From Actinomycetota bacterium (GTDB lineage: Bacteria; Actinomycetota; Acidimicrobiia; Acidimicrobiales; Ilumatobacteraceae): 64,000 bases of DNA. The stretch lies in assembly GCA_009703055.1 (NCBI GenBank), contig WLGW01000001.1:4079-68078 (forward strand). The letters are read 5' to 3'. The position numbers were made by a program, and so were the translations under genes. This document shows positions 40,951 to 49,870 of this stretch, piece after piece. The notes below the pieces were generated by a model. That model was given only the letters and a program-made list of their open reading frames with translations. It did not search any database and was not told the DNA's origin. Position 1 is the stretch's first letter, and each line of letters begins with the position of its first letter.

Positions 40951-41609
40951 TAGTCATTTCCTTTCGATGGCCACAAGGTTGTGATGAGAACAAAGCCAAC
41001 GAGGCCACCGATGATTTGCATCAGAGCGAACATCGGCCACGACTGAGGAGCGATTCCTGCGAAGGAATCTGAGAACATTCGACCAAATCCCACTGCAGGA
41101 TTCGCGATACTTGTTGACGAAGTAAACCAATACGCACCGGTGATCCATGCAGCAACAAGAGCGGCCACATTTGCCCGTGCGTGTGTACCGCCCCAGATAA
41201 TCAGCAAGAGCCCGACTGTTGCTACAACTTCCGAGAACCAAGTGGGTCCGCCGTCGCGAATTTTCATTGACTCTTCGATAAACGGATGCGCAAACATCAC
41301 ATTCGCAATAACACACCCCACAACTGCACCGGAGAACTGCCCGACGATGTCGGACACCACAGTAGAGACAGATGACTTGCCATCAAGGAAATATCCGACG
41401 ACTGTGACAACAGGGTTGAAGGAAGCACCCGAGATGGGACCGAAGATGGTGATGAGCCCAAACAGCGCACCGCCCGTTGCGATTGCATTCGCAAGCAACT
41501 GCAGAGCGACATCGGATGTGAGGTTTTGGGCCATGATGCCCGAGCCCACGACCGACATCACCAAAAGAGCGGTGCCCAAGAACTCCGCAGCGAAGCGACG
41601 TGGATTCAA
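40950..41609 (-). CDS. MIP-family channel (aquaglyceroporin-like, probable As(III) channel)
   Basis: 219 aa with six TM segments and two half-helix boxes, SFNPVVT and IANPAVG. Its stop overlaps the arsC start by 1 nt, and it overlaps the arsI-like gene as ATGA. Confidence 0.88.
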   Translation of the reverse strand: MNPRRFAAEFLGTALLVMSVVGSGIMAQNLTSDVALQLLANAIATGGALFGLITIFGPISGASFNPVVTVVGYFLDGKSSVSTVVSDIVGQFSGAVVGCVIANVMFAHPFIEESMKIRDGGPTWFSEVVATVGLLLIIWGGTHARANVAALVAAWITGAYWFTSSTSIANPAVGFGRMFSDSFAGIAPQSWPMFALMQIIGGLVGFVLITTLWPSKGND

Positions 41610-42052
41610 CTGCAGCCCTCAGGACCGCAGCAACTACCTGTATCTGCAACACCCAGCATGATGGGCATGGGCTTGAGCGATGTGTCTTGTGGAGCATCAG
41701 CAAGAACCGTGTACCACTCCCATGGCAACTCCCCGCCCTTGATCCACACTTTGTCCTGCACTGCGAAACAACATGTGGTGCTCTCCTGCAACTCAATGGG
41801 TAATCCCACATTGACTGCGTGTTCCATCTTGGCTGCCACCTGCTCGGTGTCTTCCACTTCGACACCCACATGGTTCAACGTTCCAGCATCACCATGACCC
41901 TCAATCAGAACAAGCTTCAGTGGAGGATTCTCAATGGAAAAGTTGGCGTACCCTTCACGCACTTTTGCTGGGCCAACGCCGAACATCTTGCTGTAGAAAG
42001 AAATTGCTTCTTCAATATTGCCAACATTTAAGGCAAGTTGAACACGCGACAT
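41606..42052 (-). CDS. arsI: ArsI/CadI-family VOC (glyoxalase-fold) protein, candidate C-As lyase
   Basis: The start is at ATG 42052 behind a strong SD (AAGAGGAG). It has a VOC fold (QLALNVGNIEEAISFY, NHVGVEV), the vicinal cysteines TTCCFAVQDKVW typical of ArsI, and a Cys-rich tail SCCGPEGCS. Confidence 0.78.
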   Translation of the reverse strand: MSRVQLALNVGNIEEAISFYSKMFGVGPAKVREGYANFSIENPPLKLVLIEGHGDAGTLNHVGVEVEDTEQVAAKMEHAVNVGLPIELQESTTCCFAVQDKVWIKGGELPWEWYTVLADAPQDTSLKPMPIMLGVADTGSCCGPEGCS

Positions 42053-42105
42053 GGGGACTCCTCTTCGATGTACGAGCACCACGATGCGCGTTCATCATGT
42101 AATTA

Positions 42106-42145
42106 GATGATTGTCAATATATCCAGCACATTGATGATTGTCAAT
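42106..42145. promoter_or_regulatory. tandem operator-like repeats in the arsI/arsR divergent region
   Basis: GATGATTGTCAAT occurs twice perfectly (42106-42118 and 42133-42145), 27 bp apart. Each copy contains the palindrome ATTG-T-CAAT. The second copy lies just upstream of the arsR ATG at 42159. Confidence 0.4.
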
Positions 42146-42158
42146 GTATGGTGGAGAC

Positions 42159-42476
42159 ATGGCATCTGCAAAGTCGATTCCCCTCACCAAGAGACCGTTA
42201 ACGGATTCTTCGGCAGAAGAACTCGCCATTAGTTTTGCCGCACTCGCCGACCCGGTGCGACTGCGCTTGTTTGATCTCGTATGGCGTGCTGGCAGCAATG
42301 GGGTGTGCTCGTGCGATCTTGTTGAGCCACTCGAACGAAGCCAACCGACGATTAGCCATCACCTCAAGGTGCTTCGCGAAGCAGGACTCGTGGAGTCTCG
42401 CCGCGAAGGGACATGGCTGTGGTACTCAGTTGTGCCTGATGCGCTGAAAAGCGCACAAGCATTTCTCTCTCGCTAG
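42159..42476 (+). CDS. arsR: ArsR/SmtB family metalloregulator
   Basis: It has a winged HTH (AALADPVRLRLFDLV, QPTISHHLKVLREAGLV) with the CSCDL metalloid-binding motif. The start is uncertain: TTG 42138 in the track, ATG 42144, or ATG 42159 (preferred, with GGAG just upstream). Confidence 0.88.
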   Translation: MASAKSIPLTKRPLTDSSAEELAISFAALADPVRLRLFDLVWRAGSNGVCSCDLVEPLERSQPTISHHLKVLREAGLVESRREGTWLWYSVVPDALKSAQAFLSR

Positions 42477-42492
42477 ACCAGATTCTCACTCG

Positions 42493-43413
42493 TTAAACAA
42501 AGTGGTCGCCGTAACCCGGGTCGCTTGGCCAGTTTGGCTGAAAAAGGTGCCATTGTTCTGGCGCACGACGGATCAAGCCTTCTAACTCCACTGCAAGTGC
42601 TTGCGTTCCTGCAGCGATCGCAGCGCGAAGCTTTCCTTCTCTATCCAGTGGCAAGGGCGGACGAATCACCGCATGGTGACCATCAACTGCGTTAGTGAAA
42701 TACGTTGCGACCGGAAGCACTGCTGTGTTCGCTCTGATTCCCAACATTGCTGGTCCAGCTGGAAGCGTTGTCTTCTCGCCAAAGAACTCAACTTCGATGC
42801 CGCCGCCTTGAATATCTCTGTCAGATAACAAACAGACAATCTCATTGCGCTTGAGTGCACCAAGAATTGCTGGGGCTGCAGCAGGTCCGAGCGGAACGAC
42901 ATTCATTCCCAGGTCACTTCGTAGCTTCGTGAACCACTCAAAAAGTTCTGGCGGACTCAACGGCTCCACAATCACTGTCATCCGATGACCACGATCTGCC
43001 ATCCATCGACCTGCCCATTCCCAACCACCGAGATGTGGCAGAGCGAGAATTGCGCCGTTCCCTTTTTCCAATGCTTCTTCAATGTGATGAAAACCATCGA
43101 CACTGAAACACCGATCAACATGCTTTTTGGAGAGATTCGGTAAGCGAAAACTTTCGGTGTAGTACCGCATGTAGCTATCAAATGCCTGCTGCGATGCCCG
43201 GCGAAGGGATAACCCCTTCAATGAAGGATTCACACGCTGCAGGTGACGCTCCACCATGAGTCGCTTACTACGCAATGAAAGTGCGATACCGGGTGCGAGC
43301 AAAGCGGCTGCACCTTGTGCCACGGGGCCTGGCGTCACCCTGGCAATGAGGGATCCCAGTTTGTAACCACTCACCGTCAATGAGTTAGTCAGTTCATCAA
43401 GAGGATTAGCCAT
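42493..43413 (-). CDS. lysophospholipid/LpxL-type acyltransferase, probable PIM acyltransferase
   Basis: It shows the lauroyl/myristoyl acyltransferase family pattern (ALPHLGGWEWAG, LLSDRD). ATG 43413 overlaps the pgsA stop by 8 nt. It occupies the same position as the acyltransferase after pgsA1 in mycobacteria. Confidence 0.78.
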   Translation of the reverse strand: MANPLDELTNSLTVSGYKLGSLIARVTPGPVAQGAAALLAPGIALSLRSKRLMVERHLQRVNPSLKGLSLRRASQQAFDSYMRYYTESFRLPNLSKKHVDRCFSVDGFHHIEEALEKGNGAILALPHLGGWEWAGRWMADRGHRMTVIVEPLSPPELFEWFTKLRSDLGMNVVPLGPAAAPAILGALKRNEIVCLLSDRDIQGGGIEVEFFGEKTTLPAGPAMLGIRANTAVLPVATYFTNAVDGHHAVIRPPLPLDREGKLRAAIAAGTQALAVELEGLIRRAPEQWHLFQPNWPSDPGYGDHFV

Positions 43414-44110
43414 TGCGTTGACGCTTGCGCTGTCGCGACACGACCGACAGTTGGCGTCGTGATGCGCGTGCACTTTGACGAGACATTCGACGAACTTTCT
43501 TTACGTCTCTCTTCGCCTGGGTCGTTGAAGACACCTCAGCCTGGCGCCAGACCTGAATAAAGCGCTGAATCGCTGTCACGACAGTGAGGACAAGCATGAT
43601 CCAAAGAATGGGAACAAGAAGCGAGTCAAACAACAGACCGATGCACAGAACAATGATGCGCTCTGCACGTTCCATCAGACCGCCTTTGGCATACAAGCCC
43701 AAAGCCTCAGCCTTAGCCCGCTCGTATGAGATCAGAGATGACACGCCCATGATGGCCATTGGCAACAACGCAAGATAAGGAGATTTCTCCGATGCAAAGA
43801 ACCAAGCGACGCCTCCGAACAGAACTGAATCCGTCACGCGATCGACAACAGAGTCGAAGAAGGCCCCACGTTGGCTTGCAGAATTTGATGCCTTTGCTAA
43901 CGCTCCGTCCAACATGTCGGGAAGAGCCGCAAGGATGACTAATGCAAGTCCACCCTGCAACGCACCGTTTCCAATTGCAAATGCTGCTGCGATTGCGAAA
44001 AGGATGCCAAGAATCGTGAGATGGTCGGGTGACATTCCGGTACGGCGCAGCAACATGCCCACCGGACGTATTGCCTTTTCAATAGGCGTTCGGAATCTGC
44101 CGTCAAACAT
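43406..44110 (-). CDS. pgsA: CDP-alcohol phosphatidyltransferase (phosphatidylinositol phosphate synthase-like)
   Basis: 234 aa with the CDP-OH-P transferase motif DMLDGALAK...GAFFDSVVDRVTD (D-x2-D-G-x2-A-R...G-x3-D-x3-D). It is a multi-TM protein. Confidence 0.85.
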   Translation of the reverse strand: MFDGRFRTPIEKAIRPVGMLLRRTGMSPDHLTILGILFAIAAAFAIGNGALQGGLALVILAALPDMLDGALAKASNSASQRGAFFDSVVDRVTDSVLFGGVAWFFASEKSPYLALLPMAIMGVSSLISYERAKAEALGLYAKGGLMERAERIIVLCIGLLFDSLLVPILWIMLVLTVVTAIQRFIQVWRQAEVSSTTQAKRDVKKVRRMSRQSARASRRQLSVVSRQRKRQRNG

Positions 44111-44120
44111 CGAGTGAACG

Positions 44121-44627
44121 CTAGTCCTGCGTCGACGAATCAGGAGCGGTTTCAGCGTCGGGATTCGCCTCTACAAGACATTCAACGATGTCTCCATTGA
44201 CTGCATCGACAAGTACGAGACCGCGCTGACGCGGTGGCTCTTCGACGCTGTAACAAAAGATGCGCCATGTGGGTCGGCTACGAAGACCACGCCATACCTG
44301 CTGAGCCGATGCGTGACCGACGGGGAATCCGACTTTACGAGTCGCACGAACAAGAGCATCGGATTCATCAATTGTCATCCGCCAGCCACTAGTAAAACTG
44401 ATGATCGCCATGGCACCGAGAACTGCCGCTGCGAACAGCAAGCCACGGTTGACCAATACTGAATCATTTGATGTTCCGAGCTGCCACGTAACCAAACACA
44501 GAATGGCAATGACGCCATAGAGAATGCCGGGGATGCGACGGCGACTGTTGTCGGGGAAGTCATAGGCAGCAACGTTGTCGACAGCATTTAAGTCGTCAGG
44601 AAGTTGGTCACGAATATCGTCGGTCAT
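44121..44627 (-). CDS. hypothetical membrane protein (two TM helices plus a soluble C-terminal domain)
   Basis: ATG 44627 overlaps the HIT gene stop as ATGA. The TM segments are ILYGVIAILCLVTW and LLFAAAVLGAMAIISF. No family recognised. Confidence 0.5.
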   Translation of the reverse strand: MTDDIRDQLPDDLNAVDNVAAYDFPDNSRRRIPGILYGVIAILCLVTWQLGTSNDSVLVNRGLLFAAAVLGAMAIISFTSGWRMTIDESDALVRATRKVGFPVGHASAQQVWRGLRSRPTWRIFCYSVEEPPRQRGLVLVDAVNGDIVECLVEANPDAETAPDSSTQD

Positions 44628-45136
44628 TGGTCCCCCTTGGGCCATGCAGCACGAACTTTTGATGCCGTGAGCGAGAGCGGTTCTGGAATAGTGCGAGTGT
44701 CTGCCACAGATGTCATGAAATTTGAATCCCCGTTCCAACGGGGAACAACATGCACATGTAGGTGTCGAGCAATACTGCCACCTGCAGCAGCCCCTAGGTT
44801 GATTCCTACGTTAAGGGCATCAGGGGTATGGGATTTCTTCAATGCGACAGTTGCATGTGTGACGTTTTGCCACAGATCAAGCGATTCCTCGGGCTCAAGT
44901 TCTTCGAGATGAGCCACCTCTCGAAAAGGCAACACCAAGAGGTGTCCGGATGAGTACGGGTACGCATTGAGAATCACAAAAGAGTGTGCAGAGCGATGAA
45001 CAATATGAGTCTCTTCATCTGACATCTGTAAGTTCAAAATACGAGTGAACACAGATTGCGAGTCATCTGATGCGTCAGCAGTCCCCTGACCTACATACTG
45101 GGTTCGCCACCCGTTCCACAATTGATCGAGCGACAT
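44624..45136 (-). CDS. HIT-family nucleotide hydrolase/phosphorylase
   Basis: 170 aa with the histidine triad HLHVHVVPR. It is positioned between thrS and pgsA, like the mycobacterial HIT (Ap4A phosphorylase) gene. Confidence 0.88.
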   Translation of the reverse strand: MSLDQLWNGWRTQYVGQGTADASDDSQSVFTRILNLQMSDEETHIVHRSAHSFVILNAYPYSSGHLLVLPFREVAHLEELEPEESLDLWQNVTHATVALKKSHTPDALNVGINLGAAAGGSIARHLHVHVVPRWNGDSNFMTSVADTRTIPEPLSLTASKVRAAWPKGDQ

Positions 45137-47113
45137 CTATTGTCCGCCTGATTGCCCTTCAGCAATTTCTCGGGCTATGCGTGCAAGGAATTCCGTGACC
45201 TTGACATCGCGTTCTACTTCTCCACCGCGTGGGTTCACACCAACGGAGCCATTGGCTACGTCATCATCTCCAACGACTAGCACGTAAGGAACCTTGCTGG
45301 TCTTTGCGTTACGAATGCGCTTCCCTAATTGTTCATCAGCGTGATCAATGTCAACACGAAGACCTGCAGCCTTCAATTGTGCAACAACCTGTTGTGCATA
45401 CTCATCATGCGCCAATGCCACTGGCAACATGCGTACTTGCTCTGGCGACAACCATGTGGGGAATGCCCCTGCGTAATGCTCAATGAGAACACCGAAGAAT
45501 CGTTCGATGGAACCGAACAAAGCACGGTGCAACATGATGGGACGATGGCGCGCGCCATCGGAGCCGACATATTCGAGTTCGAAACGTTCCGGAAGGTTGA
45601 AGTCGCACTGAATCGTGCTCAACTGCCACTTTCGTCCGATGGCATCACGAACATCAATGTCAATCTTCGGACCATAGAAAGCAGCATCGCCTTCTTTCAT
45701 CTTGTACTGCACTCCATGACGATCAAGTGCTTCTTTCAAAGCGGCAGTGGCCTTCTCCCAAATCTCATCTGATCCGACCGACTTCTCAGGGTCACGAGTC
45801 GACAAGTTGAATTCAAAATCTTCAAAGCCGAACCGGCGAAGAACGGACATGATGAAGTCAAGGAGAGATGCAATTTCATCTGCCATCTGCTCTTCGGTGC
45901 AATAGATATGGCTGTCGTCTTGCGTAAATCCACGAATACGCAACAGTCCGTGCAAGGTGCCAGCACGCTCATATCGATACACGTTGCCTAATTCAAAGAG
46001 GCGAAGAGGCAACTCTCGGTAACTGCGCTGACGACTGTCAAAAATCAGACAGTGCATCGGACAGTTCATTGGCTTCATGTAGTACGTGCCGTTGTCCATC
46101 TCCATCGGCGGGTACATGCCGTCGGCATAGAAATCGAGGTGGCCAGACTTTGCAAAGAGATTCGCATTCGCAAGATGTGGCGTATAGACGAACTGGTAAT
46201 CGCCGTCTTGGTGACGTTGACGGCTGTAGTCCTCCATCAGTTTGCGAATGATTGCACCCTTCGGATGCCAGACAGCGAGGCCGCCGCCCAACTCATTGGG
46301 GAACGACAAGAGGTCAAGTTCATTCGCCAGACGACGGTGGTCACGCTTTGCGGCCTCTTCGAGACGATGAAGATGTTCTTTTACTGCAGCATCTGACTCC
46401 CATGCGGTGCCATAGATGCGTTGCAGCATGGGGCCCTTTTCATTGCCACGCCAATATGCGCCTGCAACTTTCATAAGTGCAAAGTGACCAAGTTTTGCAG
46501 TGGTGGGCACATGAGGGCCACGACAGAGGTCAACAAACTCATCAGTGTTGCGATACACGCTGATGGTGTCGCTATCCCCTACTTCTGCGGCATCGCTGCC
46601 ATCTGCTGCGCCAGAGGTGACACGCTCAATGATTTCGCATTTGTATTTCTGCGCCGCAAAGAGAGTTAATGCATCAGCCGCAGACATTTCGGATCGAACG
46701 AATGGCTGATTGGCTTTCATGATTTCGCGCATGCGAGTTTCGATGGCAGCAAGATCATCGTCGGAGAAGGTACGTCCGCCTGGCAATTCGAAGTCGTAAT
46801 AGAACCCATCTTCAATTGCAGGACCAATGGAGAATTGAGCACCTGGAAACAGTTGAGTCACAGCTTGCGCCAACACATGAGCTGTCGAGTGACGCAACAC
46901 ATGACGACCTTCGTCGCTGTTGTCAGTGATCACGGACACCGTGACACCATCTGTCAAAGGAGCAGTGAGGTCAACTTCTGTGCCATTGATCGTGCCTGCG
47001 ACAGCTGCCTTGGCCAAACGAGAGCCGATGGATGAAGCCAAATCAGCAACGCTGGAGCCCTGCGGCAATGAACGGGAGGACCCATCCGGAAGGAGTACGG
47101 AGATATCAGCCAT
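45137..47113 (-). CDS. thrS: threonine--tRNA ligase
   Basis: 658 aa with a TGS N-terminus, the editing-domain HSTAHVLA, and class II core motifs (FELGNVYRYE, GSIERF). Confidence 0.97.
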   Translation of the reverse strand: MADISVLLPDGSSRSLPQGSSVADLASSIGSRLAKAAVAGTINGTEVDLTAPLTDGVTVSVITDNSDEGRHVLRHSTAHVLAQAVTQLFPGAQFSIGPAIEDGFYYDFELPGGRTFSDDDLAAIETRMREIMKANQPFVRSEMSAADALTLFAAQKYKCEIIERVTSGAADGSDAAEVGDSDTISVYRNTDEFVDLCRGPHVPTTAKLGHFALMKVAGAYWRGNEKGPMLQRIYGTAWESDAAVKEHLHRLEEAAKRDHRRLANELDLLSFPNELGGGLAVWHPKGAIIRKLMEDYSRQRHQDGDYQFVYTPHLANANLFAKSGHLDFYADGMYPPMEMDNGTYYMKPMNCPMHCLIFDSRQRSYRELPLRLFELGNVYRYERAGTLHGLLRIRGFTQDDSHIYCTEEQMADEIASLLDFIMSVLRRFGFEDFEFNLSTRDPEKSVGSDEIWEKATAALKEALDRHGVQYKMKEGDAAFYGPKIDIDVRDAIGRKWQLSTIQCDFNLPERFELEYVGSDGARHRPIMLHRALFGSIERFFGVLIEHYAGAFPTWLSPEQVRMLPVALAHDEYAQQVVAQLKAAGLRVDIDHADEQLGKRIRNAKTSKVPYVLVVGDDDVANGSVGVNPRGGEVERDVKVTEFLARIAREIAEGQSGGQ

Positions 47114-47157
47114 GAGACGCCCATTCTACGGAGTGGGCTAGGGCCTCTACGCCCTCA

Positions 47158-47910
47158 TTATGAGGCTGTAATGACCGCTTGTTCAGTGGGTAATGACTCT
47201 GCCTTCTTAGTGGCGTACACGTTTTTGTACTCCTGGCCTGTCAGCTCACGAATCTCAAACATCAATTCATCGGTCAACTCTCGTAGGACCAGATGATCGT
47301 CACCTCGGTCGAGATAGCGCTGCGGGAGAATTGGTTGCCCGAATTTCACGGTGCACTGCAGGCCAACTTTCGGCAGGAATTTGTCAGGAGGTTGAATCTC
47401 ACGAGTACCGATGATGCCAACAGGGATGATGGGACATCCCAATTTCACTGCCAGTCGTGCAGCACCTGTGTGGCCTTTATAGAGAATGCCATCTCGGCTA
47501 CGGGTGCCCTCTGGATAAATGCCAAACAGTTCCCCTCGCCGAAGAACATTCTCGGCTGCAATCAGTGCGCCTTCGCTCTTTGATCCACCGGCGCGATCAA
47601 TCGGGATCATTCCCAATGCAGGGAACAAATGCTTGGTCTTCCACGAATCCATGTATTCGGCTTTACCGACAAAACTGATCTGTCGACCTGCGTACACCAT
47701 CGTGAACACCGAGTCGAAAAAGCTGATGTGGTTAGGACACAAGATTGCTGGACCTTCAGTGGGGATGTTTTCCAATCCCTCAAGCGTGACTTTCCATAAA
47801 CCATTCAGAACTGGTCGAATAACTCGACGCACACGGCGTTGCGCTCTGCCAGTTCCCGGCAATGCTGCAGAAGAAATGTCTGCAGATTCTGAAGCGTTGA
47901 GTGGAGCCAT
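47158..47910 (-). CDS. plsC: 1-acyl-sn-glycerol-3-phosphate acyltransferase
   Basis: 250 aa with the HX4D motif CPNHISFFDS and block III YPEGTRS. Confidence 0.85.
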   Translation of the reverse strand: MAPLNASESADISSAALPGTGRAQRRVRRVIRPVLNGLWKVTLEGLENIPTEGPAILCPNHISFFDSVFTMVYAGRQISFVGKAEYMDSWKTKHLFPALGMIPIDRAGGSKSEGALIAAENVLRRGELFGIYPEGTRSRDGILYKGHTGAARLAVKLGCPIIPVGIIGTREIQPPDKFLPKVGLQCTVKFGQPILPQRYLDRGDDHLVLRELTDELMFEIRELTGQEYKNVYATKKAESLPTEQAVITAS

Positions 47911-47998
47911 CCCGAGCGAAGATTACCCCGTATTCCGGACTCGTTTTCCACACCCTGTACATGAAGTACAAGATTCAGCACCCTAGGAATGCAAGGGG

Positions 47999-49144
47999 CT
48001 ATCGAGGGCCGATTGCTTCGGCCAGTTCAACACCCAAAAGCGATGCTACTGCTGACACATCATGGCCTTGTGCCGCTGCTGCATCAATAGCCGCAACAGC
48101 TCCGGGAGTATCGAGGTCATTGTCGAGACATGATCGGACGGCTTCCAGCACATCGGAAGTGGTTCCACCGACCGAACCCTTCCAGGCAACAAGACGAGCG
48201 TGGTTGCGGGGCATGAGGTCTTCATCCCACTCCCACTCTTTGCGGTAACTGTGCTCAATGATTGCCATGCGAATGGAACGCGGGTCCCACTCAGTGCGGA
48301 GTTTGTCGACGAACACAAGATTGCCAAGGCTCTTCGACATCTTCTCTCCATCCTTGAACACCATGGCCACGTGCATCCAATGCTTCACAAAAGTTTCACC
48401 TGTTGCAGCCTCGGATTGAGCACGCTCACATTCATGGTGCGGGAAGATCAAGTCACTTCCGCCGCCATGAAGATCAATCGTTGTTCCCAGTTCGCGAAGG
48501 GCTAGCGCAGAGCATTCAATGTGCCAACCGGGACGACCAGCACCCCATGCAGTGTCCCACGCAGGTTCATCGTCAGCAGATGGATGCCACAAAACGAAGT
48601 CCAAAGGATTGCGCTTGTGCGGGTCATCAACATTGCCACCGCGCTGACGAGCGAATTCAAGCATCTGTTCGTTGGAGTAATGAGAGACATCACCAAAGGA
48701 TGGGAACTTCGTGACATCGAAATACACCGAGCCGCCTGCTGCGTATGCGAATCCGCGGTCGAGAACTTCGCCGATGAACTTACGGATATCAGTGATGGCA
48801 GACGATGCACGAGGAGTACTGAATACGGGAAGTGCATTCAACGCGACCATGTCACGGTTGAAGCGAGCTTCCTCCCCTGCTGCAAGATCGAGATAATGAA
48901 CTCCGAGTTCACGTGCCTTTGCAAACAATGGGTCATCAACATCAGTGACGTTTCGTACACACTTCACGGTGTGGCCCAGATCGATGAGGCGACGCTGAAC
49001 GATGTCGTACATCACGAACGTTGATGCATGACCAAGATGAGTGGCGTCATACGGCGTGATACCGCACGTGTACATCAGGACTGTCTCACCTGGGGTGAAC
49101 GGAACAACCTCGCGGCGCGCCGTGTCGTACAACCTCATGGACAT
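47999..49144 (-). CDS. mshC: L-cysteine:1D-myo-inositol 2-amino-2-deoxy-alpha-D-glucopyranoside ligase (mycothiol biosynthesis)
   Basis: This is a CysRS paralogue of 381 aa that lacks the anticodon-domain tail. It has CGITPYDATHLGHA, NVTDVDDPLF, KMSKSLGN and a C-terminal EWEWDE, features I associate with MshC rather than CysS. Confidence 0.82.
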   Translation of the reverse strand: MSMRLYDTARREVVPFTPGETVLMYTCGITPYDATHLGHASTFVMYDIVQRRLIDLGHTVKCVRNVTDVDDPLFAKARELGVHYLDLAAGEEARFNRDMVALNALPVFSTPRASSAITDIRKFIGEVLDRGFAYAAGGSVYFDVTKFPSFGDVSHYSNEQMLEFARQRGGNVDDPHKRNPLDFVLWHPSADDEPAWDTAWGAGRPGWHIECSALALRELGTTIDLHGGGSDLIFPHHECERAQSEAATGETFVKHWMHVAMVFKDGEKMSKSLGNLVFVDKLRTEWDPRSIRMAIIEHSYRKEWEWDEDLMPRNHARLVAWKGSVGGTTSDVLEAVRSCLDNDLDTPGAVAAIDAAAAQGHDVSAVASLLGVELAEAIGPR

Positions 49145-49149
49145 AGGAA

Positions 49150-49824
49150 TCAGGCCTTCGCCCGTGGGTCCCTCTTGATGCCGGTCAACTTAGGTGCCAC
49201 TCGTGTCTTATAACGAACATTGAGTTGCAACAGAACTGCAGTGAACGCTTCGATTGCTGTGGCATTGGAAAGCTCGCCTGCATCGAGTGGACGACAACCA
49301 GGAATCTTTTCCGTCATTTCCATCGTGATGCGCTTTGCTTCATCGTCATCAGAACAAATGAGAACGTCTGAATCAATCGGGTCACCGAGGTGGCCGAGCT
49401 CCGTCGCGGGAAGGTGGTGGAATGCAGCCACAACGCGGCACTCTGGAACTGCTGCCTGCACATGAGCCGCCACACTGCCGCGTGGTGGCATCAAAGGCTG
49501 GAACTCATGGCCTACGCGCACCAAAGCGTTTGCCATACTGATCACGGTTTTGCCGGCCAAGAGTCCGATGTGCTCCTGGGCAGTTGTTGCTGCGCCTTCC
49601 CATGGGGTCGCAAGCACTACAACGTCACATGCAGAGGCAGCCTCGTTGTCTCCTGCTTCGATCGCCAAGTTCAAATCTGGCCACTTGGCCTTTAAGCCAT
49701 CGACTACTTCAAGTGCTCGATACTTTGAACGAGAGCCAATAACGACTTCATAGCCAACTGACGCCAAACGAGCGCCGAGGGCACTTCCGGCAGGCCCGGT
49801 TCCTCCGAGGATTCCAATACGCAT
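49150..49824 (-). CDS. npdG: NADPH-dependent F420 reductase-like oxidoreductase
   Basis: It has the Rossmann N-terminus MRIGILGGTGPAGSALGARLA and the short NpdG/prephenate-dehydrogenase-like fold. The start is ATG 49824 or ATG 49842. Confidence 0.75.
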   Translation of the reverse strand: MRIGILGGTGPAGSALGARLASVGYEVVIGSRSKYRALEVVDGLKAKWPDLNLAIEAGDNEAASACDVVVLATPWEGAATTAQEHIGLLAGKTVISMANALVRVGHEFQPLMPPRGSVAAHVQAAVPECRVVAAFHHLPATELGHLGDPIDSDVLICSDDDEAKRITMEMTEKIPGCRPLDAGELSNATAIEAFTAVLLQLNVRYKTRVAPKLTGIKRDPRAKA

Positions 49825-49870
49825 TGGTAGAGCCTTACACATAGACCCCTACCGAACTACGGTCATAAGC

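Noticed and set aside
39659-42476. The ars/LLM block considered as a mobile genetic element or genomic island.
   Set aside because: I saw no integrase, transposase, tRNA attachment site, flanking direct or inverted repeats, or obvious compositional break by eye. I therefore report it only as a synteny interruption, not as a mobile element.
47911-47998. The 88-nt mshC-plsC spacer contains the imperfect inverted repeat CTTGTAC-TTCAT-GTACAGG and might be a regulatory RNA or terminator.
   Set aside because: The stem is short and AT-rich, with a G-U pair and no U tail. I recognise no riboswitch-like conserved core. I leave it as an ordinary spacer.
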